Assembly (NCBI RefSeq): GCF_000021865.1
Contig: NC_014034.1
Location: forward strand, 2,850,001 to 2,882,000
Direction: 5' to 3'
From: Rhodobacter capsulatus SB 1003
GTDB taxonomy: Bacteria; Pseudomonadota; Alphaproteobacteria; Rhodobacterales; Rhodobacteraceae
Length of the DNA: 32,000 nt
A program made the translations under genes and the position numbers. Below the pieces are notes generated by a model, which saw nothing but the letters and a program-made list of their open reading frames with translations, did not search any database and was not told where the DNA came from. Below, in pieces: positions 1 through 7,824 of this stretch. Every line of letters starts with the position of its first letter. The first letter of the stretch is position 1.

Positions 1-1044
1 ATCCTGATCCTCGACGAGCCCACCTCGGCGCTGTCGGCGGCCGAGGTCGAGGTGCTGTTCCGCGTCATCGACGAGCTGAAAGCCCAGGGCGTCGGCATCG
101 TCTACATCAGCCACCGGCTGGAAGAGCTGATCCGCGTCGGCGATTACATCACCGTGCTGCGCGACGGCACCATCACCGGCGCGCGCAGCATGGAAGGGGT
201 CGACATCCCCTGGATCGTGCAGGCGATGATCGGGTCAAGTTCGAAAGAATACGGCCGCTCCGAGGTCGCGCATTTCGGCCCCGAGATCTTTCGCGCCGAA
301 GCCATCACCCTGCCCCGCGCGGGGGGCGGCTTCACTGTCGATCACGTCTCGCTGTCCATTCGCGCGGGCGAGATCGTCGGGCTTTACGGGCTGATGGGCG
401 CGGGGCGGTCGGAATTTCTGGAATGCGTGATGGCGCAGCACCCGCATTCGGGCGGCCGCTTCTTCGTCGAGGGCAAGCCCTTGACCGAACGCGACGTGCC
501 CGGGCGCATCGCGCGCGGCATCGCGCTGATCCCCGAAGACCGCAAGCGCGACGGGCTGATCCAGATCATGTCGATCCGGGAGAACCTGACGCTCTCGTCC
601 CTGCCCGGCTTTGCGAAACTCTTCCACCTCGATCTGAAACGCGAGGCGCAGACCGCGCTGGATTTCATCAAGCGGCTGACGATCAAGGTGGCGAGCCCGG
701 AAAACCCGGTCTCGTCGCTTTCGGGCGGCAACCAGCAAAAGGTCGTCATCGGCAAGGCGCTGATGACCGGGCCGAAGGTGCTGTTGATGGACGAGCCCTC
801 GCGCGGCATCGACATCGGCGCCAAGGCCGAGGTCTTCCGCACCATGCGGCGTCTGGCCGCCGAGGGTCTGGGCATCCTCTTCGTGACCTCGGACCTCGAC
901 GAGGTCCTGGCCCTTTCCGACCGCATCATCGTCATGGCGCAGGGCCGCGTGACCGGTGAGTTCCCCTCCGGCACCGAAGCCGCGAAGGTGATCTCGGCCA
1001 CCACCGTCCCCGTTGCGCAAAATTCGAAGGACATCGCCGCATGA
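1..1044 (+). CDS. Sugar (CUT2-type) ABC transporter ATP-binding protein with two nucleotide-binding domains. It is 5'-partial and continues upstream of the window.
   Basis: Frame 1 is open from base 1. The end of NBD1 shows Walker B ILILDEPTS and H-loop ISHRL. NBD2 shows Walker A GLMGAGRSE, signature LSGGNQQK and Walker B LLMDEPSRGID. The TGA stop overlaps the next ATG (ATGA at 1041-1044). Confidence 0.9.
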   Translation: MLILDEPTSALSAAEVEVLFRVIDELKAQGVGIVYISHRLEELIRVGDYITVLRDGTITGARSMEGVDIPWIVQAMIGSSSKEYGRSEVAHFGPEIFRAEAITLPRAGGGFTVDHVSLSIRAGEIVGLYGLMGAGRSEFLECVMAQHPHSGGRFFVEGKPLTERDVPGRIARGIALIPEDRKRDGLIQIMSIRENLTLSSLPGFAKLFHLDLKREAQTALDFIKRLTIKVASPENPVSSLSGGNQQKVVIGKALMTGPKVLLMDEPSRGIDIGAKAEVFRTMRRLAAEGLGILFVTSDLDEVLALSDRIIVMAQGRVTGEFPSGTEAAKVISATTVPVAQNSKDIAA

Positions 1045-2099
1045 GTGCCGCACCCGCCTCCTCGCCCGCGCCGGGCTCGCCCCTGCTTCTGACGCTGCTG
1101 CAGGCGCGCACCTATGTCGCGCTGATCCTGGTCTTCGGCTTCTTCGCGATCATGGCGCCGAATTTCCTGTCGGTCGCCAACAGCGTGATCGTGGCGAAAC
1201 ATGCCGCGCTGACCGCCTTTCTGGCGATCGGCATGACCTTTGTCATCATCACCGGCGGCATCGACCTCTCGGTCGGCTCGACCGTCGGGCTGTGCTCGAT
1301 GGTCTCGGGCTGGCTGATCCTTTACGGCATCGACCTTGGCACGGTCGGCACGATGCAGTTCAACACGCTGGAAATCACCCTGATCGTGATGTGTGTCGGC
1401 GTTTTCGTGGGCTTCGTGAACGGGATATTGATCACCAAGCTGAACGTCGCCCCCTTCATCGCCACGCTGGGCACGCTTTACATCGCCCGCGGTGCGGCAC
1501 TGCTGTCGTCGGGCGGGCGGACCTTCCCGAACCTCTCGGGCAATCCGGACTACGGTTCGGCCAGCTTCCCGGCGATCGGGGCGGGCACCTTCCTTGGCCT
1601 GCCGGTGCAGATCTGGATGCTGATCGCGGTGGGGCTTGTGGCCGCCTATATCGCCAAACGCACGCCGCTTGGCCGCCATATCTATGCGGTGGGCGGCAAT
1701 GAACGCGGCGCGGCGCTCTCGGGTGTCAAGGTCAACCGGGTCAAGCTTTTCGTCTACATGTTCTCGGGCTTTTGCGCCGCCATCGTCGGGCTGATCATCG
1801 CCTCGCAACTGCAGGCGGCGCATCCGGCGACGGGGGAAACCTTTGAACTCAACGCCATCGCGGCGGCGGTTCTGGGCGGCACCTCGCTCTCGGGCGGGCG
1901 CGGCAAGATCGGCGGCACCATCGTCGGCGCCTTCGTGATCTCGATCCTGTCGGACGGGCTGGTGATGATGAGCGTGTCCTCGTTCTGGCAGACCGTGATC
2001 AAGGGTCTGGTGATCGTCGCCGCCGTGGTCATCGATCAGGCGCAAAGCAAGCTTCAGGCCCGCGTGGCATTGCAACAGGAGGCCGCGCTGGGCCGGTGA
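1041..2099 (+). CDS. Sugar ABC transporter permease (RbsC/AraH-like, about 10 TM).
   Basis: The 352-aa protein is very hydrophobic and has the typical CUT2 permease motifs (GGIDLSVGS, NERGAALSG). Its start is translationally coupled to the ATPase gene through an ATGA overlap. Confidence 0.9.
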   Translation: MSAAPASSPAPGSPLLLTLLQARTYVALILVFGFFAIMAPNFLSVANSVIVAKHAALTAFLAIGMTFVIITGGIDLSVGSTVGLCSMVSGWLILYGIDLGTVGTMQFNTLEITLIVMCVGVFVGFVNGILITKLNVAPFIATLGTLYIARGAALLSSGGRTFPNLSGNPDYGSASFPAIGAGTFLGLPVQIWMLIAVGLVAAYIAKRTPLGRHIYAVGGNERGAALSGVKVNRVKLFVYMFSGFCAAIVGLIIASQLQAAHPATGETFELNAIAAAVLGGTSLSGGRGKIGGTIVGAFVISILSDGLVMMSVSSFWQTVIKGLVIVAAVVIDQAQSKLQARVALQQEAALGR

Positions 2100-2139
2100 G
2101 GATTGGGCCGTTGACCGGCCCGCCCCCCGCCCCTAAGGA

Positions 2140-2160
2140 GGTCAGGGACATTCCCTGACC
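2140..2160 (+). terminator. Stem-loop GGTCAGGGA-CAT-TCCCTGACC after the permease gene. It is a possible weak terminator or processing site.
   Basis: A perfect 9-bp stem was read directly from the sequence. There is no clear T-tract after it. Confidence 0.3.
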
Positions 2161-2192
2161 TTCCCATACCCCGCAACCGATAGGCGAATCCC

Positions 2193-3002
2193 GTGTCGAC
2201 GAAACCCGTTCCGATCCGTGACGACAGCAAGGCCGGTCTGCTCTCTGAACCGCGGCGGCGTCGCATCCTTGAATGGATCGAGGAAGAGGGCTCGGCGCGG
2301 GTGCGCGATCTGGCGGTGGCCTTTCAGGTCTCCGAGGCGACGATCCGGCAGGATCTGGAAAAGCTGGAAGCCGAGGGGTTCATCACCCGCGAACATGGCG
2401 GCGCGTTTCTGAACGCGCCCTCCTCGCGCGCCGAGGGGCTGGTGCTGCATCATCAGGACAACATGGACAAGAAGCGGCGGATCGGCGCGCTGGCCGCTTC
2501 GCTCGTCAGTGACGGCGAGACGATCATTCTGGATGCGGGCACGACGACGACCGAGGTGGCGACGCGGCTGGTGACGCGGCGCAATCTGACGGTGATCACC
2601 AATGCGCTCAATATCGCGATCATTCTGGGCTCCGTGCCGGGGACGGCAGTGCACATGCCGGGCGGGCAGTTCAAGGCCCCCACCCTCTCGCTCTCGGGCG
2701 ACAAGTCGGTGGATTACTTCCGCAACATCTTTGCCGGAAAGCTGTTTCTGGCGACGGCCGGGGTGGCGCTGGATGCCGGGCTGACCTATCCGAGCTTCGC
2801 CGATCTGCAGCTGAAAGAGGCGATGATCCGCGCGGCCTCCCGCGTCTATCTGGTCGCCGACAGCTCGAAGATCAACAAGAGCTCCTTCACCCGGCTGGGC
2901 TCGCTGGCGGTGATCCATGCCTTCATCACCGATGACGGGATTTCCGACAAGGACGCCAAGGAATTCGAGGCCCGCGGCATCGAATTGCTGATCGCGACCT
3001 GA
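2193..3002 (+). CDS. DeoR-family transcriptional regulator (GTG start).
   Basis: The N-terminal HTH reads RRRRILEWIEEEGSARVRDLAVAFQVSEATIRQDLEKLEAEG. The C-terminal DeoR sugar-phosphate sensor domain shows IILDAGTTTTEVA and VYLVADSSK. Confidence 0.85.
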   Translation: MSTKPVPIRDDSKAGLLSEPRRRRILEWIEEEGSARVRDLAVAFQVSEATIRQDLEKLEAEGFITREHGGAFLNAPSSRAEGLVLHHQDNMDKKRRIGALAASLVSDGETIILDAGTTTTEVATRLVTRRNLTVITNALNIAIILGSVPGTAVHMPGGQFKAPTLSLSGDKSVDYFRNIFAGKLFLATAGVALDAGLTYPSFADLQLKEAMIRAASRVYLVADSSKINKSSFTRLGSLAVIHAFITDDGISDKDAKEFEARGIELLIAT

Positions 3003-3061
3003 GCGGCGCCCGATTGACCGAGGCCATCGCCGAGGTCATGCGGAACATCAGCCCGGTGACC

Positions 3062-3113
3062 GCCGAGTGCTTCAGGCACTCGGCCAGCGCCCGCCCCGCC
3101 CATGGCGGGCGCT
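3062..3113 (+). terminator. Two tandem GC-rich hairpins downstream of the DeoR gene.
   Basis: The first is GCCGAGTGC-TTCAG-GCACTCGGC (3062-3084, 9 bp). The second is AGCGCCCGCC-N8-GGCGGGCGCT (3086-3113, 10 bp) followed by TCTC. The U-tract is poor. Confidence 0.4.
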
Positions 3114-3191
3114 TCTCGCCCGCCGGGGCTGGCGCCGGCCTCTGGTGTGCTTGGGGATGCGGTCGTGCTGAACCGTTGCCCTGACGGGCGG

Positions 3192-3210
3192 GGAAAGGCG
3201 ATGCCTTTCC
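3192..3210 (-). terminator. Hairpin GGAAAGGC-GAT-GCCTTTCC, 20 nt downstream of the aldolase/SDR stop codon.
   Basis: A perfect 8-bp stem, extended by flanking GGGCGG/CCGCCC arms. There is no strong U-tract. Confidence 0.4.
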
Positions 3211-3229
3211 TGATCCGCCCGAGACGCCC

Positions 3230-5263
3230 TCAGCGCAGCGCCGCCTCGATATTGCCGCCGTCCACCGTCATCACATGCGCCGTCGTGCGTTCGGCCCGGG
3301 CCAGCGCCACGAAAGCCTCGGCCACATGCCGCGCCTCGACCTCGGCCTTGAGCAGGTTGCCCGCCATGTAGGTCCCGGCATCGATCCCCCGCGCCGAGGA
3401 CCGCGCCGCGATCATCTCGGGCGTCAGCAGCCCGGACCGGATCCGGTCGGCATTGATCCCGTTGACCCGGATGCCTTCGGGCCCCAGTTCCAGCGCCAGT
3501 TGCCGCAACAGGAAGAAGCTCGTCGCCTTCGGCAACCCGTAGGCCGCAAAGCCCTTGCCCGGGTTCACCGCCTGTTTCGACACGTTGAACAGGATCTGCC
3601 CCGGCTCGGCGCCGCGCGTGCCGCGCCCGGCCGCCTGCGCCCGGTAAAGCGCGATGGCCGCTTGCGAAAACGCCAGATGCGAGAAGAAGTTCAGCTCGAA
3701 ACTGCCGCGCAGCACCTGATCATCGAGCGTCGCGATATCGCCGGTGATCGCCGCCCCCGCATTCGAGACAAGGATATCCAGCCCGCCAAACCGCGCCGCA
3801 CAGGCCGCCACCGCCGCCGCCGCCGCGCCCGGTTGCGTGATGTCGCAGCCATGCCCTGCATGATCGCGGCCCAAAGATGCAACGGCCTTTTCCAGCCCCT
3901 CGCCGGGACGATCGACGATGAAGATCGACGCACCCAAGGCCGCGAAAGCCTCGGCCGTGGCCAGACCGATCGCCCCCGCGCCGCCCGTCACCAGCACCAC
4001 CCGGCCCTGCAGGGCGGGCGCCTTGGCATTGCCCAGCTTCGCCAGCTCGAGCGGCCAATATTCCATGTCGAACAGGTCGGCATCCGAAATCGAGCGGAAG
4101 CCGCCCGCCACCAGACCATCCGCCTTCACCCGGGCGGATTGGCTGCCGATATCGGCCGCGATCCGCGCGGCCTTCGCATCCGCCCCCACACCGACGGCGC
4201 CGATCCCCTCCAGCCAGATCAGCCCCGGCATCGGATTGAGCATCGCCACCGGGCCGCCAAAGCGGGCCTTGTTCGCCTCGAAATAGGCGCGGTAGCGGGC
4301 GACGTAATCACTGACCGCCGCGCGCATGCCCTCGGGCGTCTGCGCATCCTTGCGCAGCACCAGAACCTCGCCCTTGGTGCGGATGACGTGATCGGGGGTC
4401 ACCACCCCGGCCCGCGCCAGATCCTCCAGATCGGGACGCGACACAAAGGCCCGCGTCGCGTCATCGGCGCGCAGATCAAGAACCGGCAGCGCCGCCGTTT
4501 CCGGCAGCGCCGCGGCCAGCGCGCCGCGCAGACCCGCCAGCACCGGGGCAATCTCCGCCACCGGCAGGGCGGCGGCCGGAACCAGAGGCGCGGGGCGGCG
4601 ATCCTTCAGCCAGGCCTCGACCGTGTTCGCATGCTCGATCACCTTGAAATAGCTGGATTTCGCATCTGGCCCCCAGGTGAAATGGCCGTGGTTCTTCAAC
4701 AGCAATGCCTCGACGCCCGGATGCGCCTGATAGGTCGCAAGCCCCGCCTTGGCCAGACCGAAGCCCGGCTTGACAAAGGGCACGAGCGCGATCTTGCCGC
4801 CGAAAAGCTCGCGCAGCGCGGCCTCGGCCTCGGGCAGGTTCGCCAGCACCAGAAACGGCGTCGCATGGGTGTGATCGACGAATTTATGCGGCAGGAACGC
4901 ATGCAGCAGCATCTCGACCGAGGGGTTGGGCGCGGCGGGATCCAGCAGGTTCAGCCGCTGCAGCTTCACCAGCACGTCATCGGCCACCGCGTCGAAATCC
5001 TGCAGCCGCAGCATCGGCTCCAGCCGCACCGCAGGCATTCCGGCCGCGTCGATCGTCGCCAGATCATGGCCCGAGCCCTTGACATGCAAGACCGACACCG
5101 TCTCGCCGAACAGGTCCAGCGCATCGGTCTTCACCGAGCTGTTGCCGCCCCCGTGCAGCACCAGCTCCGGCTCCGCGCCGATCAGCCGCGCGCTGTAGAT
5201 CCGCTGGCCAAGATCCCCCCCGGCAGCCGCAGCCGCCGCGTCACTCCAGAGATTGCGGATCAT
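3230..5263 (-). CDS. Bifunctional class II aldolase / short-chain dehydrogenase, of the YuxG/RhaEW and rhizobial RhaD type (rhamnulose-1-phosphate aldolase plus lactaldehyde dehydrogenase family).
   Basis: The N-terminal aldolase II/adducin-like domain shows VLHGGGNSSVKT and DHTHA. The C-terminal SDR shows VTGGAGAIGLA (TGxxxGxG) and a YGLPK (YxxxK) catalytic motif. I chose the start MIRNLWSD at 5263 because AGGAG lies 6 nt upstream. The longer track ORF, which reaches 5311, has no RBS. Confidence 0.85.
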   Translation of the reverse strand: MIRNLWSDAAAAAAGGDLGQRIYSARLIGAEPELVLHGGGNSSVKTDALDLFGETVSVLHVKGSGHDLATIDAAGMPAVRLEPMLRLQDFDAVADDVLVKLQRLNLLDPAAPNPSVEMLLHAFLPHKFVDHTHATPFLVLANLPEAEAALRELFGGKIALVPFVKPGFGLAKAGLATYQAHPGVEALLLKNHGHFTWGPDAKSSYFKVIEHANTVEAWLKDRRPAPLVPAAALPVAEIAPVLAGLRGALAAALPETAALPVLDLRADDATRAFVSRPDLEDLARAGVVTPDHVIRTKGEVLVLRKDAQTPEGMRAAVSDYVARYRAYFEANKARFGGPVAMLNPMPGLIWLEGIGAVGVGADAKAARIAADIGSQSARVKADGLVAGGFRSISDADLFDMEYWPLELAKLGNAKAPALQGRVVLVTGGAGAIGLATAEAFAALGASIFIVDRPGEGLEKAVASLGRDHAGHGCDITQPGAAAAAVAACAARFGGLDILVSNAGAAITGDIATLDDQVLRGSFELNFFSHLAFSQAAIALYRAQAAGRGTRGAEPGQILFNVSKQAVNPGKGFAAYGLPKATSFFLLRQLALELGPEGIRVNGINADRIRSGLLTPEMIAARSSARGIDAGTYMAGNLLKAEVEARHVAEAFVALARAERTTAHVMTVDGGNIEAALR

Positions 5264-5302
5264 CGGGGTCTCCTTTTCCTCACGGGCGCTGGATTTCCTT
5301 AC

Positions 5303-5323
5303 TTTTGTCACCTATTTTTGTCA
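5303..5323. promoter_or_regulatory. Direct repeat TTTTGTCA-N5-TTTTGTCA in the divergent aldolase / SorC-regulator intergenic region. It is a candidate operator.
   Basis: Two exact 8-mers at 5303-5310 and 5316-5323 form an AT-rich island in a GC-rich genome. They contain the TGTC core seen in operators of some SorC-family regulators. Confidence 0.3.
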
Positions 5324-5346
5324 AACGGCGAAACCCGGAGGGCCAA

Positions 5347-6318
5347 ATGGCAGGCACGACACGGCGACGGTCCTTGGGCCGGATCAGCGGTGAAAACGCG
5401 GTGATCGAGGTGGCGTGGATGTATTATCACGACGGCCGCAACCAGCAGGATATCGCCGAGGCTTTGGGGATTTCCCGCGCGACGGTGGTGAACTACCTGC
5501 AGGAGGCGCGCGAAACCGGGCTGATCCGCATCACCTTGGCGGCGCCCGCCTTTACCGCGCATCGGCTATCGCTTGAACTTTGCACGAAATTCGGTCTGGC
5601 CGAGGCCTATGTCGTGCCCGATGACGGGCTGGCCCCGGACCCGGCCTTTGCCCGTGTCGTGCGCGGGGCTGCCTTGTGGCTGCCCGACCTTCTGGCGCCC
5701 GGCGACCGGCTGGGCGTGGCATGGGGCCGCACCGTCTATGCGCTGGCCGAGCGGGTCGAAAACCGCGCGATCGAGGATCTGACGGTGTTGCAGCTGGTGG
5801 GCTCGATGGCGACGCCCTATGGCTTCACCGCCGAGGCCTGCTCGACCCGGCTCGCGCAACGCCTGGGGGCGCGCTGTCTGAACCTGCATGCGCCCGCGGT
5901 GCTGAGCCGCGCGGCGCTGGCCGAGGAATTGCGGGCCGAGCCGATCCTGCGCGCGCAGCTGCAGGCGCTGCAGGGGGTGAACAAGCTTCTCTTTTCCGTC
6001 GGCACGGTGAGCGAGAACAGCCATGTCGTCAGTTCCGGTCTGGCCACGCCCGAGGAGCTGGCCGCCCATGTCGCGCGCGGCGCGGCGGGGGTGATCTGCG
6101 GGCGCTTCGTCGATGCGATGGGGCGACAGATGCCGGGCGAGACCGAGGCGCGGATGATCGGCATCGACCTGCCGCGGCTGGTGGGGCTGGAGATGGGGAT
6201 TCTGGTGACGCCGGGGCTCGACAAGGTCACGCCCAGCCTTGCGGCGATCCGCGGCGGCTATGTCACGCATCTGGCGACCTCGACCCGGGTGGCCGAGGCG
6301 CTGCTGGCGGCGGCTTAG
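5347..6318 (+). CDS. SorC-family (sugar-phosphate-binding) transcriptional regulator.
   Basis: The N-terminal HTH reads YYHDGRNQQDIAEALGISRATVVNYLQEARETGLIRI, followed by a sugar-binding domain of about 250 aa (VGSMATP, GVICGRFVD). The ATG at 5347 is preceded by GGAGG. Confidence 0.8.
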   Translation: MAGTTRRRSLGRISGENAVIEVAWMYYHDGRNQQDIAEALGISRATVVNYLQEARETGLIRITLAAPAFTAHRLSLELCTKFGLAEAYVVPDDGLAPDPAFARVVRGAALWLPDLLAPGDRLGVAWGRTVYALAERVENRAIEDLTVLQLVGSMATPYGFTAEACSTRLAQRLGARCLNLHAPAVLSRAALAEELRAEPILRAQLQALQGVNKLLFSVGTVSENSHVVSSGLATPEELAAHVARGAAGVICGRFVDAMGRQMPGETEARMIGIDLPRLVGLEMGILVTPGLDKVTPSLAAIRGGYVTHLATSTRVAEALLAAA

Positions 6319-6327
6319 GCGGAGTTC

Positions 6328-6364
6328 GGGCGGAACAGGAAACGCGATCCGCGTTTCCCCGCCC
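6328..6364 (+). terminator. Hairpin after the SorC regulator gene.
   Basis: GGAAACGCG-ATC-CGCGTTTCC (9 bp, 6338-6358) is nested in GGGCGG...CCGCCC arms. Confidence 0.4.
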
Positions 6365-6513
6365 GCCGCGCGGCCGTGGTCACAAGACCGTTTCACCAGG
6401 CACACCAGAGGCCGGCGCCTGCCCCGGCGGGCGAGAAGCGCCCGCCGGGGGCGGGGCGGGCGCTGGCCGGCGGCCTTTGGGGCCGCGGCCGGACAAGGGG
6501 AAACGGTCCGAAA

Positions 6514-6535
6514 GGCCGAGGCGATGGCCTCGGCC
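6514..6535 (-). terminator. Intrinsic-terminator-like hairpin downstream of mtnA.
   Basis: GGCCGAGGC-GATG-GCCTCGGCC (9 bp). On the minus strand it is followed by TTTCGGACCGTTTCCCC. Confidence 0.5.
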
Positions 6536-6544
6536 AGAGGGGCC

Positions 6545-7648
6545 TCAGCCCAGCATCGCGGCTTTCAGATCGGGGAACATCGCCGCCATCGCCTCGGCCT
6601 GCGCCGGGCACAGCCCGCGCTCGGTCAGAAGCCCGGTCACCAGCTCGCAGGGCGTCACGTCAAAGGCCGGGTTGCGCGCGGGCGTGCCGTCGGGCGAGAT
6701 CTGCACGAGCTGGATCTTGCCATCCGCGCCGCGGCCCTGCACCAGCGTCACCTCTTCGGAATTGCGCTCCTCGATCGGGATTTCCTTCACCCCGTCCTGC
6801 ACCCGCCAGTCGATCGTCGGCGAGGGCAGCGCGACATAGAAGGGCACGCCATTCGCCCGCGCCGCCAAGGCTTTCAGATAGGTGCCGATCTTGTTGCAGA
6901 CGTCGCCGCGCGCGGTGGTGCGGTCGGTGCCGACGATCACCATGTCGACCTCGCCGTGCTGCATCAGATGGCCGCCCGCGTTATCCACCACCAGCGCATG
7001 CGAGATGCCGTGATGGTTCATTTCCCAGGCGGTCAGCTGCGCGCCCTGATTGCGCGGCCGGGTCTCGTCGACGAAGACATGCACCGGGATCCCCGCCTCA
7101 TGCGCGTGATAGATCGGCGAGGTGGCGGTGCCCCAATCGACCGTCGCCAGCCAGCCCGCATTGCAATGGGTCAGGATATTGACCGTCTGGCCGGGCTTTT
7201 TCGCCGCAATCGCCTTGATGATCTCCAGCCCGTGCAGGCCGATGCGGCGGTTGATCTCCACATCCTCGTCGCAGATCTCGGCGGCGCGTTTCGCCGCCAC
7301 GCCCGCGCGCAGCTCGGGCGGGACCGGGCGCAGCACCCGCACCATCTCGTCAAGCGCCCAGCGCAGGTTGATCGCCGTCGGACGGGTCTCGTGCAGCACC
7401 TCCCAGGTCTCGGCCAGACCGGCATCCGAGGGGTCCTCCTGCATCGCCACGGCCACGCCCCAGGCGGCGGCCGCCCCGATCAGCGGCGCACCCCGCACCC
7501 ACATGTCGCGGATCGCCACGGCGAAATCGGCGCGGCTTTGCAGATCGACGATGCGCAATTCATGCGGCAACCAGCGCTGGTCGATCACCTGCACGATGCC
7601 GCGCGCGTCCTGCCAGATTGTGCGATAGGGGGTTCCGTCGATCTTCAC
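6545..7648 (-). CDS. mtnA: S-methyl-5-thioribose-1-phosphate isomerase (eIF-2B alpha/beta/delta-like family).
   Basis: Diagnostic blocks are [68 protein letters not shown] and [14 protein letters not shown] chose the GTG start (VKIDGTPYR) at 7648 because GGAGGA lies 4 nt upstream. The track ORF extends 30 codons further without an RBS. Confidence 0.9.
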   Translation of the reverse strand: MKIDGTPYRTIWQDARGIVQVIDQRWLPHELRIVDLQSRADFAVAIRDMWVRGAPLIGAAAAWGVAVAMQEDPSDAGLAETWEVLHETRPTAINLRWALDEMVRVLRPVPPELRAGVAAKRAAEICDEDVEINRRIGLHGLEIIKAIAAKKPGQTVNILTHCNAGWLATVDWGTATSPIYHAHEAGIPVHVFVDETRPRNQGAQLTAWEMNHHGISHALVVDNAGGHLMQHGEVDMVIVGTDRTTARGDVCNKIGTYLKALAARANGVPFYVALPSPTIDWRVQDGVKEIPIEERNSEEVTLVQGRGADGKIQLVQISPDGTPARNPAFDVTPCELVTGLLTERGLCPAQAEAMAAMFPDLKAAMLG

Positions 7649-7824
7649 CGCATCCTCCTTTGCCCGGCTTGCGGGCCTGATTTGGCCGCAGGTGTTCCAT
7701 CGGATGCAGCATAAGTCAAACGCTAATGACAATTGCAAAGCCGTCAGGGCGCCGCTGCGACGAAGCGCCCCGCGAAGGCCCGGGCCCGCCCCGCAGGACA
7801 GGCCCGGGGTCTTTCGGACCGGGG

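Noticed and set aside
384-2075. A 563-aa minus-strand ORF, plus the 235-1053 minus-strand and 423-959 / 1013-1702 plus-strand ORFs.
   Set aside because: They are antisense or out of frame relative to the ABC ATPase and permease genes, which carry unambiguous Walker/signature motifs and TM segments.
3275-5404. A 709-aa plus-strand ORF.
   Set aside because: It is antisense to the aldolase/SDR gene. Its composition is Arg/Gln/His-rich and no domain is recognisable.
5676-7714. Plus-strand ORFs 5676-6839 (387 aa), 6239-7714 (491 aa) and 6376-7182 (268 aa), which span the SorC/mtnA spacer.
   Set aside because: They are out of frame with the SorC regulator or antisense to mtnA. They run through terminator hairpins, and their translations are Arg/Pro/Gly/Ala strings.
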